From contig JAVZCV010000008.1 in the NCBI GenBank assembly GCA_038874215.1, positions 1 through 38,026 of the forward strand: a stretch of 38,026 bases of DNA. The letters run 5' to 3'. The translations under genes were made by a program, and so were the position numbers. Shown piece after piece: positions 9,782-21,091 of the stretch. The stretch is from Candidatus Micrarchaeia archaeon (lineage in GTDB: Archaea; Micrarchaeota; Micrarchaeia; Burarchaeales; JAVZCV01). Under the pieces are notes generated by a model, which saw only the letters and a list, made by a program, of their open reading frames with translations, did not search any database and was not told where the DNA came from. Numbering within the stretch: position 1 is the stretch's first letter; each line of letters opens with the position of its first letter.

Positions 9782-10537
9782 ATGAGGATAGAGATAGACA
9801 TAACGAAAAGCGTCTATGAAAATGCAGCGTATTATTATGATATGGCAAAAAAATTCAGGAAAAAAGCGGAGGGGGCAGAGAGGGCGATTAGAGAAACTGA
9901 GGAGGAGTTGCAGAAGGAGGAAGCCCAATTTGAAAAAAGGAAAGCAGGGAAGCCACAGGAAAAAAGCTGGTATGAGAAATTCAGGTTCTGCTTTACGCAT
10001 TCAGGAAAACTCGTAATCGGGGGCAGGGATGCATCCCAAAACGAGGAGGTTGTTGCGAGATATTTTGAGAGGGAGGACCTTTTCTTTCACGCAGATGTTC
10101 AAGGGGGCAGTGTTGTCGTATTGAAAAATGGCAGGGAAGCAGATGAAAGCGAAAAAGAGCAGGCGGCAAGATTCGCAGCGGTTTATTCAAAAGCTTGGAG
10201 CGCGGGATATGGGAGTGTTGATGTTTATTGCGCTGAATACGGTTCAGTGAGCAAGCATGCGCATGGAATGAGTGTTGGGAAGGGGGGTTTCGTTGTGAAA
10301 GGCAGGCGAGAGTGGTTCAAGAATGTGGAACTCTGGGTTCTGATAGGTAGAAGAAAGGAGACGGGCAGGGTAGAGTGCGGTTTTTCAGATGAGCTCTTTG
10401 AGCGTTTTTATAGAATAGTACCAGGCAACACTAAAAAAGAAAAAATGGCGAAGGAGCTTGCGGAAAGGCTCGGTTGCTCTTTGGACGAACTCTTGTCCAC
10501 TCTCCCGGCTGGCGATTGCGCCGTCATAGGGGATTGA
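9782..10537 (+). CDS. Short NFACT/RqcH-related protein (coiled coil + NFACT-R/DUF814 domain)
   Basis: ENAAYYYDMAKK, WYEKFR, GGRDASQNE, FFHADVQG and YSKAW motifs. Start placed at ATG 9782 to avoid overlap with topA. Confidence 0.88.
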   Translation: MRIEIDITKSVYENAAYYYDMAKKFRKKAEGAERAIRETEEELQKEEAQFEKRKAGKPQEKSWYEKFRFCFTHSGKLVIGGRDASQNEEVVARYFEREDLFFHADVQGGSVVVLKNGREADESEKEQAARFAAVYSKAWSAGYGSVDVYCAEYGSVSKHAHGMSVGKGGFVVKGRREWFKNVELWVLIGRRKETGRVECGFSDELFERFYRIVPGNTKKEKMAKELAERLGCSLDELLSTLPAGDCAVIGD

Positions 10538-12733
<2,196 letters not shown>

Positions 12734-12765
12734 GTGGTTTTCTGTTTTACCTTGAATATGAGGAA

Positions 12766-13335
12766 TTGTACGAGATAGCCGTTTCTGTTGGTGCGATGGT
12801 CGTTGCATTCATAATAAGGGACTTTGTCCTCTACCAAACCTTCATACCCCTCCATATACTCATAATATTGCTGGGGGTTGGCTCTGGGTTCATCCTCCAC
12901 GAGCTTGGGCATAAATACGTCGCCATGCATTACGGTTCTTATGCCGCATACCGCATGTGGCCGACTGGTCTCATGTTCATGCTTTTTTCGGCTCTACTTG
13001 GGTTTATATTCGCTGCGCCTGGCGCAGTATATATCTACGCACCATACATGGGCAGAAAACAGTATGGGCTTATTTCTATCGCTGGGCCTATGACGAATGC
13101 TCTCCTTGCATTCGTTTTTATCTTGGCTTTCATCGCTACTCCAATAACCTTGCTGAAGTTCGTTTTCATCCAGTGTGCATTCATAAACGTATCTCTTGGC
13201 CTCTTCAACATGATACCAATATTTCCGCTTGACGGCAGCAAAGTTATCGCATGGAGCGTCGGCGCATGGGCGGGAGGGATAGGCATACTTGGTATTCTTT
13301 TCATGCTTACTATGGGCATAATGGCTTTAGCGTAG
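12766..13335 (+). CDS. Site-2 protease (M50 family) membrane zinc metalloprotease
   Basis: HELGH, AAPGAV, AGP and FNMIPIFPLDG motifs. The true start may be CTG at 12742. Confidence 0.93.
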   Translation: MYEIAVSVGAMVVAFIIRDFVLYQTFIPLHILIILLGVGSGFILHELGHKYVAMHYGSYAAYRMWPTGLMFMLFSALLGFIFAAPGAVYIYAPYMGRKQYGLISIAGPMTNALLAFVFILAFIATPITLLKFVFIQCAFINVSLGLFNMIPIFPLDGSKVIAWSVGAWAGGIGILGILFMLTMGIMALA

Positions 13336-13382
13336 TTAGCGCATGTTTATATATCTCAACGGGGATATATATTGTGATAGAA

Positions 13383-13649
13383 ATGAAACGCGCACAGATT
13401 TCTGCGGAATTGATAATTGTTATTGCCGCTGTGCTTGCTGTCGCACTGATTCTCGTAGTGCAGCTTCAGAAGACCGCAAAAGAGGGGAAGAAGGAAATAG
13501 AGAAGGAAAGCACAAAAATTTTCAACGAGATAAGAAGCACGGGAAGTTCTGCGAAGTCGGATACGAAGAAGCAGAGCGGTGAAAGCTGCACTGCTGACAG
13601 CGAGTGCGAATCTGGCTACTGCGACCCATACGATAGAAGGTGCTCGTAG
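13383..13649 (+). CDS. Class III signal peptide (prepilin-like) protein with Cys-rich tail
   Basis: MKRA/QISAELIIVIAAVLAVALILV processing motif; C-terminus GESCTADSECESGYCDPYDRRCS. Start ATG 13383. Confidence 0.85.
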   Translation: MKRAQISAELIIVIAAVLAVALILVVQLQKTAKEGKKEIEKESTKIFNEIRSTGSSAKSDTKKQSGESCTADSECESGYCDPYDRRCS

Positions 13650-14048
13650 GTGCCGCTGAATGTAGGGCAGGTTTCTCTTGAGTTTTTGATAGTGGTAGCT
13701 ACATTCTTTGCTTTTCTCGCAATCATTATACCTGCCGTATTAGTTTTTATGGAAGCCGCCATCCTAAAATTAGACTATTATGCGCTCAATGCGAATGCGG
13801 ATAGAATTGAAGGGATTGCGAACAGCCTTTGCATTTTAGGGGATGGAAGCTCGGCAGTAGTTGAATTTGATAGGAGCGTGGAGGTTAGGGCGCAGGGCAA
13901 GGAGATAACGCTATCAACTAAGTCCTCTGGCAGAGAATTGATTGCAAGCAGGCGGGTAGGGTGTGAATTTTTCCCAAGCCATATAGAAAGTAGTAAGGTT
14001 GTGATTGAAAAAAAGGGGATAGTGTTAAATATAAGAGATAGCAAATAA
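13650..14048 (+). CDS. Class III signal peptide prepilin-like protein
   Basis: G/QVSLEFLIVVATFFAFLAIII with +5 Glu. Abuts the previous gene. Confidence 0.8.
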   Translation: MPLNVGQVSLEFLIVVATFFAFLAIIIPAVLVFMEAAILKLDYYALNANADRIEGIANSLCILGDGSSAVVEFDRSVEVRAQGKEITLSTKSSGRELIASRRVGCEFFPSHIESSKVVIEKKGIVLNIRDSK

Positions 14049-14063
14049 GTGTTGGTGATACGC

Positions 14064-14303
14064 ATGATACCATTTAAGCCTGAAGGAATGTCAAACGATG
14101 ATGTTTTGCCTATTTGGCTTGGCGGGATATGGGGGGGCATAATAGCGTCGTTGTTGATAACAATAATCAGCATGGTATTACCCGCGGGACTTGCGATTTC
14201 GCTTGTAACCCTTACGTTCACCATGGCGGGCTTTGCAACGGCGCTTAGCATCCAGGATATAGCGAGAGAGAAGAAAAAGGGCAGGAAGTCATCTAACCAA
14301 TGA
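14064..14303 (+). CDS. Small two-TM hypothetical protein
   Basis: GGTGA RBS at 14054-14058 before ATG 14064; two hydrophobic helices and a basic tail. Confidence 0.55.
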   Translation: MIPFKPEGMSNDDVLPIWLGGIWGGIIASLLITIISMVLPAGLAISLVTLTFTMAGFATALSIQDIAREKKKGRKSSNQ

Positions 14304-14693
14304 TATTGACATTTTTTCGTATCCTCCCTTTTTTGCTATTATTCTTGTTGATGTTATCTTTGACTTTATGTGATTTGATTGTAAAATTGACCCGCAGTTG
14401 GCTGATATGGAATATCTCTCTGAAGATATGATGATGCATGCATTAAGGTCTTTGGCGATTTCCTCAACTATTTCGTGGAGGTGCTGCGTAGAATAAGGGT
14501 CTCCGTCAGCAAAGCCGCCGATATGTTTCGCAGAACCATTTATTTCAAGAGCCTCAAATATATCTTGGGTAAGCTGATGATCATAGATTGCGCTTTGGTT
14601 GCTCTTGGGGGAAATTGAAAGGGCATCTATGAGTAGCACCGCGATGGTAAGGGCTACGAGAGCCTCGGCAACCAGCAGAAAACCCTTACCCAT
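14289..14693 (-). CDS. Prepilin-like protein (class III signal peptide)
   Basis: MGKG/FLLVAEALVALTIAVLL. Start ATG 14693 overlaps the upstream stop. Confidence 0.75.
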   Translation of the reverse strand: MGKGFLLVAEALVALTIAVLLIDALSISPKSNQSAIYDHQLTQDIFEALEINGSAKHIGGFADGDPYSTQHLHEIVEEIAKDLNACIIISSERYSISANCGSILQSNHIKSKITSTRIIAKKGGYEKMSISLVR

Positions 14694-15096
14694 AAACGCA
14701 TAGCGTGATTGCTTCAATTTTTTCATCAACAACAACCACCCTCCTAACGCAGGTTTTTTCTTTATCGGTAGTGATTATCTCGCCTTTCCTAAACACATCA
14801 ATTCTATATCCCGAGGTTTTTTCTATCCCAGAAATACGAGCTTTTGAGAGGTTTCTGCTGTCAATTTCATGCTGAAAAACTATGTCGCCGTTTGAGAATG
14901 CGAGCGCATCCTTAACGAGGTAATCTGCTATTGCAAGAGCCTCGTGATAGCGCTTTATTTCCTTATTCGCATATATGCGGGCATGCCAAATCTTCTCTAC
15001 CGCAGTGTATGTAATTAGGAATGCAACGAGCACTACGAGAGTTGCAAAGACAGCGTCTGTTGTTAAAACCTGCCCTTTTTTATCGCACTTATACAT
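14686..15096 (-). CDS. Prepilin-like protein (class III signal peptide)
   Basis: KKG/QVLTTDAVFATLVVLVAFLI. Start ATG 15096 after a GGAGG RBS. Confidence 0.8.
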   Translation of the reverse strand: MYKCDKKGQVLTTDAVFATLVVLVAFLITYTAVEKIWHARIYANKEIKRYHEALAIADYLVKDALAFSNGDIVFQHEIDSRNLSKARISGIEKTSGYRIDVFRKGEIITTDKEKTCVRRVVVVDEKIEAITLCVYG

Positions 15097-15382
15097 AATA
15101 TCTTCCTCTCCTTCTCCCGAATACCTGCGCACTGGCATTTCCTGAGTAGACCGTTCCGTTTGCGAATGGAAAACCGCTGTTTATTTTCGCATGCGAACCG
15201 TCAACCTCAATATATGTTGCGAGCGCTGCCCTTTCCCATGCCAAAAGGTTTTCCTCTTCTTTTACTATTAGTGCGTCTGTTTTCTTTTTGAAATCCGCAC
15301 AGAAAATGAGAAAAGCGAATAGAAATGATAAGAATGCAGAAAAAACGATGAGCGCTTCTATTGAGATTGTGCCCTTTTTCAT
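15089..15382 (-). CDS. Prepilin-like protein (class III signal peptide)
   Basis: MKKG/TISIEALIVFSAFLSFL with +5 Glu. Confidence 0.78.
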   Translation of the reverse strand: MKKGTISIEALIVFSAFLSFLFAFLIFCADFKKKTDALIVKEEENLLAWERAALATYIEVDGSHAKINSGFPFANGTVYSGNASAQVFGRRRGRYYV

Positions 15383-15384
15383 TC

Positions 15385-16014
15385 CTACCAAGGTTCCACC
15401 TCAGTAGCTTCTGGGAGTATAATCACGTATGATATTTCATTTTCTGGGTCATAGGCTGTTGCTCCGAGAACCCATTCCCCAGATACGGAGTATCGCATGA
15501 GAACGGGATCTTTCGTAAGAACAAGCGAGCCGCGTGAAATCCGCATCTTTCTTTTTTTAGCATCCGCATCAACAAACGAAGCGCATCTTCTGTATAAGCG
15601 CTTTGTGCCCGCATCAAACGCATATTCCGAAAAATCCCAGCATGTTGAACATTTTGCAGGAGCTCTCCTTTTTTGCGTTTCTTTTACCATCTCCTCAATA
15701 ACATGCTCATTAACGACGCCGCACCACAAATCCAAACCATATTCCTTTTCTACTATTTTCTCGTAATCGGCAAGCCTTTCCGAAGCGCCCCAAACAGCCT
15801 CTTCCCTATCAGATGAGAAGGAATACCTAAGCGTATCTGCAAAACCATGCTGTATCTCTTTTTCAAGATAGTTTTTCTTTTCAATTGCCAGAATCCTCTG
15901 CTCGTATTCTCCATGTATTTTCGCCGATGCGACAGAAAACTCAACAGCAGAAAAGAGTGATAGCGATAGCACAAGTATTATTAGGGAGGACAAAAAGCCC
16001 TTTGAGAAACGCAT
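15385..16014 (-). CDS. Prepilin-like/minor pilin candidate
   Basis: SKG/FLSSLIILVLSLSLF N-terminus; first gene of the four-gene minus-strand run. Confidence 0.65.
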   Translation of the reverse strand: MRFSKGFLSSLIILVLSLSLFSAVEFSVASAKIHGEYEQRILAIEKKNYLEKEIQHGFADTLRYSFSSDREEAVWGASERLADYEKIVEKEYGLDLWCGVVNEHVIEEMVKETQKRRAPAKCSTCWDFSEYAFDAGTKRLYRRCASFVDADAKKRKMRISRGSLVLTKDPVLMRYSVSGEWVLGATAYDPENEISYVIILPEATEVEPW

Positions 16015-16066
16015 AATAGTAAAATGGTATTGGTATTAATAAGAGTGCTGAAATCAGTGTGAGAAG

Positions 16067-17926
16067 ATGTTCCGCCCATGTATGTTTTTCGCACTGTTTC
16101 TGGTGTGCGGGCTTTTCGCCGAAAGCATGCACTCCGATATCGTACAGAAGATTGGCATATACGTAGAGGAGGAAGAAAGGCAGAATTTAAGCTTTGAGGA
16201 TGTGTTTGGTGGTGTGGTGGTTGGCGTTGATGGCAAAGAATCTTTTCTCCTTCAGAGATTTAACGATGGCTATGAGTTGGTTTTAGACGAAAAAACTGCA
16301 ACGGAGATTTTTGAAGAAACGAATAGGCAATATTACAGGAATTCTGTTAAAGAAATTCATGAGGAAGTGGAGAGGTTTGAGATGAGCAGAGAGCCCGAAG
16401 AAGGCGAGTGCAAGCTATATCTTGGCATAGACCGCTTTCCATGCAAGGACATTGAAACTTGTGAGGTGGCATGCTACACTCCTCTTTGCAAGGCTGCAAA
16501 GCAGAACACAGGTTTCATTTCGGCTATGCTGGAATTTTCAGAGGATATTTCTGAAATTGATGGCGAAATTGGCACTTTCATCTCGGATTTGGCGCAGTAC
16601 GAGATAAGCGATTACAGCCAGGAAAAGATGCCGCGGAAGGAAACGATGGAGAATATAATCGCACATGTGGATGATATAAAGTATAACAAGCTGTTTGCGA
16701 GCGTGAGCAGTGGCGGATACTTCTTTTGCAGAAGAATAAACTACAACATCACGCCGCTCAATAGGATAATAGCCTTGCTTGAAGAACTGCGCACGCACAA
16801 ACCCACGATTGAGGATGGGAAAGATCGGGCTTTGAATTTAATAAATGAAACGAAAAAGCGCCTGCTTGCTTATGAAAACAAGCAGCAGTCTATTGAGAAA
16901 GAGATTGCCTCCCTCAGAATGAACGCAAGCGCCATCGTGAGCGAGGCTGATGAGAGACTCACTTCTCTATCAACAGTTGTGGTATCGGCGGAATTGGAAG
17001 CAAGGATGGAGGAGATAAAACGGATAGGAACGGAGATAAACCAGTCAAACATAACGGTTGGTAAGGAAAAATTGGCTGTTCTTAAAGAAAAAGAGATGGA
17101 ATTTCTATCTTTGGCAGACGCATTGGAAAGGAAATACGAGCGCGTTCTATCGCTTAGCAGCAATCTCTCTGCAAAGCTTATCGGCGCTGAGAGTGAATTG
17201 CGTGGTAAAAAAACGCAAATTTCTGGATTATTCATAAAAAAACAGAAGATTGACGAAAGGCTCAGGGCACCAGTGCCGTCCGAAACGTTGGGTGCGTTAG
17301 AAGGAGAGATGCTTTCGCTATATTCCGAAATAGACACACTTTATTCAGAAGCAGAAGAAAAGAGCGGTAACGCCGTGCCATATTTTGCTTTTGTTTTCAT
17401 ACTGCTTTCATTTGCGGCGCTCATATACGCACATAAAAGAGGGTATACTTCAATGGTTTTTGGGCTAATTGGGGCAGCGCTCATGGTAAAGAAAGACGGG
17501 GGGGTGAGTGCAACGGAAACGGTTAGTAGAGGGGAGGCTGTTTCTGGCGATAGTGCCACTGGTTTAGAGCATAAAGAAAGTGAAGGAATACAAGAGAAGA
17601 GAGGCTTCTCTTTCCCAAACATCCACCTGCATTTATTCAGAAAAGCTGAAAAAACAGAGATACCCGAGCTTAAAGTCAGAACTCTTTTTAAGAAAGGAGA
17701 CGCATACTATGCTGTTATTGGGAGCGTCATAAGAGACCAGTCTGGGATGCTCGTCCCAGATGGAACAACCGTCAGTTTCTCAATAGACCACGGCAAGATA
17801 ACGGAGAGTGCGAAGACTGTCAAGGGGAGGGTGTATGCGAAGATGGGGTTTGCGAAAAAGCCAGAGAGTGCGATAGTGACGATAACGTGCGGGAAAGTTG
17901 TGAAAAAGCTGAAGCTTGTTTTCTGA
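16067..17926 (+). CDS. Large secreted/membrane-anchored coiled-coil protein with Cys-rich N-domain and C-terminal Ig-like domain
   Basis: Signal peptide; CKLYLGIDRFPC...C...C...C cluster; long E/K/L heptad region; TM YFAFVFILLSFAALIYA; C-terminal IRDQSGMLVPDGTTVSFS resembling invasin/Big_1. Confidence 0.7.
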   Translation: MFRPCMFFALFLVCGLFAESMHSDIVQKIGIYVEEEERQNLSFEDVFGGVVVGVDGKESFLLQRFNDGYELVLDEKTATEIFEETNRQYYRNSVKEIHEEVERFEMSREPEEGECKLYLGIDRFPCKDIETCEVACYTPLCKAAKQNTGFISAMLEFSEDISEIDGEIGTFISDLAQYEISDYSQEKMPRKETMENIIAHVDDIKYNKLFASVSSGGYFFCRRINYNITPLNRIIALLEELRTHKPTIEDGKDRALNLINETKKRLLAYENKQQSIEKEIASLRMNASAIVSEADERLTSLSTVVVSAELEARMEEIKRIGTEINQSNITVGKEKLAVLKEKEMEFLSLADALERKYERVLSLSSNLSAKLIGAESELRGKKTQISGLFIKKQKIDERLRAPVPSETLGALEGEMLSLYSEIDTLYSEAEEKSGNAVPYFAFVFILLSFAALIYAHKRGYTSMVFGLIGAALMVKKDGGVSATETVSRGEAVSGDSATGLEHKESEGIQEKRGFSFPNIHLHLFRKAEKTEIPELKVRTLFKKGDAYYAVIGSVIRDQSGMLVPDGTTVSFSIDHGKITESAKTVKGRVYAKMGFAKKPESAIVTITCGKVVKKLKLVF

Positions 17927-18619
17927 TTAAATCGGTCTCGGTCTTACCGAAATTCCCTTTGTGGTTATTTCCATCGGAAGCTCCCCTGTGAGGTGAAGGG
18001 TGCCGCGCATCTTTACTATTTCAAGAGTCCTTACCAGCTTTTTGCCCTTCTCCTTTATCCTTAGTGTTATCAACCCATCTGCAAGCACGTCTATTATGCT
18101 TGGTTTTTGTTCGTATGGCGCATCTGAAAGCAGAAGGAGCGTACAGCCTTTCTTGAGTATTTCGTCAACCAGCTTTGATATGTAAAGTCGCTTCTCATAA
18201 TCCCCTCGGAACATAAGCGAGAATGTTGAAACTGTGTCAACCACGAACCTCTTCGCATTAACCGACCTTATCATATTCGTTATCGCTATGCTCTCCTGCC
18301 TTGCATACTGCTGGACTTCAAGCGGTGTGAAGAAATCAACGCGGAGCCTGTTCTGCCTCTCAAGCTTCTCAAAATCCCAGCCGAACTCAAGCATGTTCTC
18401 TTTTATCCTTTCGGGTTTCTCATCAAGGGAGAGATAAACACCTGGCTCCCCGTACTCAACAGCGCCCATATACAAAAATTGTGCCGCGAGTATTGACTTG
18501 CCCGTTCCCACAGTGCCCACTATGTGCATGCATCTGCTTCCTATTAGACCGCCGTTTAGCGCCCTGTCAAGCCCGGGTATGCCCGTTTTTACCCTAATCA
18601 TCCCAAAACCCATTACCAT
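17927..18619 (-). CDS. Single-domain KaiC-like/RAD55 ATPase
   Basis: KTGIPGLD, GTVGTGKS (Walker A), SLDE, FVVDTVS, LADG and LEIVKMRG motifs. Confidence 0.92.
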   Translation of the reverse strand: MVMGFGMIRVKTGIPGLDRALNGGLIGSRCMHIVGTVGTGKSILAAQFLYMGAVEYGEPGVYLSLDEKPERIKENMLEFGWDFEKLERQNRLRVDFFTPLEVQQYARQESIAITNMIRSVNAKRFVVDTVSTFSLMFRGDYEKRLYISKLVDEILKKGCTLLLLSDAPYEQKPSIIDVLADGLITLRIKEKGKKLVRTLEIVKMRGTLHLTGELPMEITTKGISVRPRPI

Positions 18620-20406
18620 TTTATTATCTGCGTGACAGTAGCTCCCTTCTCTATGAGCTCAAGAAGCCTCTCTTCATCCTCATAATAGTTTGCAACTACC
18701 GAGCTCACGTTGTTTATATCATCTATTTTGTTCTTCTGGAGCCATGAGAGAACCTTCATTTTTCTTTCAATGTCTTTTTCAATTTCCTTCTCAGTCATTC
18801 CAGTGCTCATTGAAACATCGTTGAAAACACGCACGCTGGGGTTTACCTTCACAAACGTATCTAAACGCGCATCCCAGTGGTAAACGGGGTTGAGCTCAAC
18901 GCCCATCTCGCTAACAGAAGGCGCTATCTCAACTATCTGCGAGGTTCTTCGCCTGTTCAGCCTTCTGTCCCTGAACTGCGTTATAAATAACTGCATTCCC
19001 TGCAATTCGCTCGGCGGTATTGCTATCGGCTCCTCAAGCAGGCGCCTGAACGCAGCCCCCGCATTGTCGGAGTGGAATGTTCCGTAGACAGAATGGCCCG
19101 TGTGTATTGCTTCAAACATGACCACTGCGTGGTCTCTTGTCCTTATTTCTCCTACTACCATGCGGTCTGGCCTCATCCTCAGGCTGTTTACCATTAGCTG
19201 GAGCATCGTTATTTCGCCTTTTCCCTCTGGGTTGGGAAGCCTGCTGACAAGAGGAATCCACTGCACGAAGTCCGCGAGGCATATCTCCCTCGTATCTTCT
19301 ATTGATATTATCCTGTGGTTTGGCTGGACGAATGAAAGTATCGCATTGAGCATACTCGTCTTACCGCTTGCCGTCCCTCCTATTATCAGCGTATTTATCT
19401 CGTGCTGTACCGCAAGCCAAATGAATGCTGCCATCTCAATGCTCATGTTCCCATTCTCAATCATGTGGACTATTGTCCATGGCACGCGCGCAAAACGCCT
19501 TATTGTAAGCGTGTTTCCCATGGGGCTGACAGAGAAGAGCGTCGCATTCACCCTGTCTCCCGTGACGAGGTGCGCATCAAGGAGAGGGGAGAGCATTGAA
19601 ATCTGCCTCCCGACACGCCTTCCTATTGCTTCTGCCATCTCGCGGGTTTTTCTCTCATCGCCTATTATCAGGTTTGTCTTGAGCCACCCATATTTTCTAT
19701 GGTAGAGCCAGACGGGCGTATGTGCGTTGTTTATCGCTATGTCCTCAACCCACTTGTCAGACATAACGAGGTCTATGTCGCCAAGGCCAAGCATGTTCAC
19801 TATGAGTATATCCGCAAGCAAATCCCTGTCTGCCTTGTTTATGCCTGGAAATGCGAGCGATATCATCTCTCTCGCTCCTTCTGTGAAGCGTGCCTCTATT
19901 TCGGCATACTTGCGCACGTCTGTGAGTTCCTCAACTTTCATGCCAGGCAGCCTTGCAAGCTCTACTTTTATTGAATCTAGAACCGCTGCGGTTGCGCTCG
20001 CTATTTCTGGCCTGTGGAGGAGGTATAGGAGGGTGTATTCCCCTCGTGCCTTTACTATCTCAACATATGCTGGGATTGATTTGAGCGAGAGCTCGTATGA
20101 GTCCATAACTTCAAGGATTAGCTTCTTCTTCGCAGTGCTCGGCTCTACTGAAGGCAGCTGCTTTGCAGTCAGTTTTGGTGATTCAAGGGGAGTAGTGCCT
20201 GGTTCAAGGGCGGCGATTCCGTGCGCCTGCAATCCTCCTGCCCATCTTTCTATGTGCTCCCTTGTTATCTCCCTCATGTGCTTTTCCTGAATCTCCTCAA
20301 GAGTCATTGAGCCCTTCCCGCTTTTCCCGATGCTCTCCACAACCTTGTCAACTACTGTCATCACCAGCCTGGTCACGTCTGGTGGGGGCTGCCTTTCTTT
20401 TTCCAT
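18613..20406 (-). CDS. Type II/IV secretion (type IV pilus assembly) ATPase, FlaI/TadA-like
   Basis: VEDIAIN, GDRVNAT, TIRRF, GGTASGKT, ISIEDTRE, LRMRPDRMVVGEIR and TGHSVYGTFH (His box). Confidence 0.95.
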   Translation of the reverse strand: MEKERQPPPDVTRLVMTVVDKVVESIGKSGKGSMTLEEIQEKHMREITREHIERWAGGLQAHGIAALEPGTTPLESPKLTAKQLPSVEPSTAKKKLILEVMDSYELSLKSIPAYVEIVKARGEYTLLYLLHRPEIASATAAVLDSIKVELARLPGMKVEELTDVRKYAEIEARFTEGAREMISLAFPGINKADRDLLADILIVNMLGLGDIDLVMSDKWVEDIAINNAHTPVWLYHRKYGWLKTNLIIGDERKTREMAEAIGRRVGRQISMLSPLLDAHLVTGDRVNATLFSVSPMGNTLTIRRFARVPWTIVHMIENGNMSIEMAAFIWLAVQHEINTLIIGGTASGKTSMLNAILSFVQPNHRIISIEDTREICLADFVQWIPLVSRLPNPEGKGEITMLQLMVNSLRMRPDRMVVGEIRTRDHAVVMFEAIHTGHSVYGTFHSDNAGAAFRRLLEEPIAIPPSELQGMQLFITQFRDRRLNRRRTSQIVEIAPSVSEMGVELNPVYHWDARLDTFVKVNPSVRVFNDVSMSTGMTEKEIEKDIERKMKVLSWLQKNKIDDINNVSSVVANYYEDEERLLELIEKGATVTQIIKW

Positions 20407-20438
20407 GATTTTGTTTATTCCAACCCGCTTTTAAATCT

Positions 20439-21077
20439 TTAGAGTTCCATTGTACGGGCAACAAGCGAGTTTGTGATTGGCAGAATGTAGAAGCTTAGGG
20501 CAAAGCCTGCGAGCGCTCCTGTAATCGCCCTTACTAGATTAGTACTCTCATAATGCCCTATTATTGGGATGGAGAATCCGATCGCTGAGATAAACTGCAA
20601 TGAACCGTCAATCGCAAGTGGGATAACTGCGAGGAAAAGGAGCATTTTGCTTGGTATCTGTGTGGAATTGGGACCACTAAGCAACGCAAATGCAAATGCC
20701 CCTATGAGCATTGCAATATAAAGCGACATGTCTCTTGCACATACGGGAAACTTGTATCCGACAGTGCCGTTTTTTTCAATGCGAGTTATTTTGCTATCGC
20801 CCGAAACAAATTTTCCCGCCTGCTCAATGCAATCATCCAGATAAAGCGCACTATTTTTTTCAAAAAGGCAGAAGGAGCGCGACGCCTTCTGGTGGCATGT
20901 AGGGGCAAAGGCAGAATACATTATATCTGCGAGAGGACTGCCCTGCATTGCGAGGTATGGCGTTATGAGAATAGTGATATCAAAAACAAGCATTATTGCG
21001 GTGTAAAAAAGGAAGGGAACGTAGAGGATATACCCTCTATGCAATTTTAAAAATCTGGCAACATCTCTCTCGTTCAT
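20439..21077 (-). CDS. DUF2085-family membrane protein
   Basis: CHQKASRSF...PVCARD, IDGSLQ and ESTNLVRAITG motifs. Confidence 0.85.
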   Translation of the reverse strand: MNERDVARFLKLHRGYILYVPFLFYTAIMLVFDITILITPYLAMQGSPLADIMYSAFAPTCHQKASRSFCLFEKNSALYLDDCIEQAGKFVSGDSKITRIEKNGTVGYKFPVCARDMSLYIAMLIGAFAFALLSGPNSTQIPSKMLLFLAVIPLAIDGSLQFISAIGFSIPIIGHYESTNLVRAITGALAGFALSFYILPITNSLVARTMEL

Positions 21078-21091
21078 GTTAGTCTTTTGGC

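Noticed and set aside
13362-13377. NrdR-box-like GGGATATATATTGTG upstream of the first pilin
   Set aside because: Lacks the conserved left-half C, is single rather than tandem, and is better explained as AT-rich promoter sequence.
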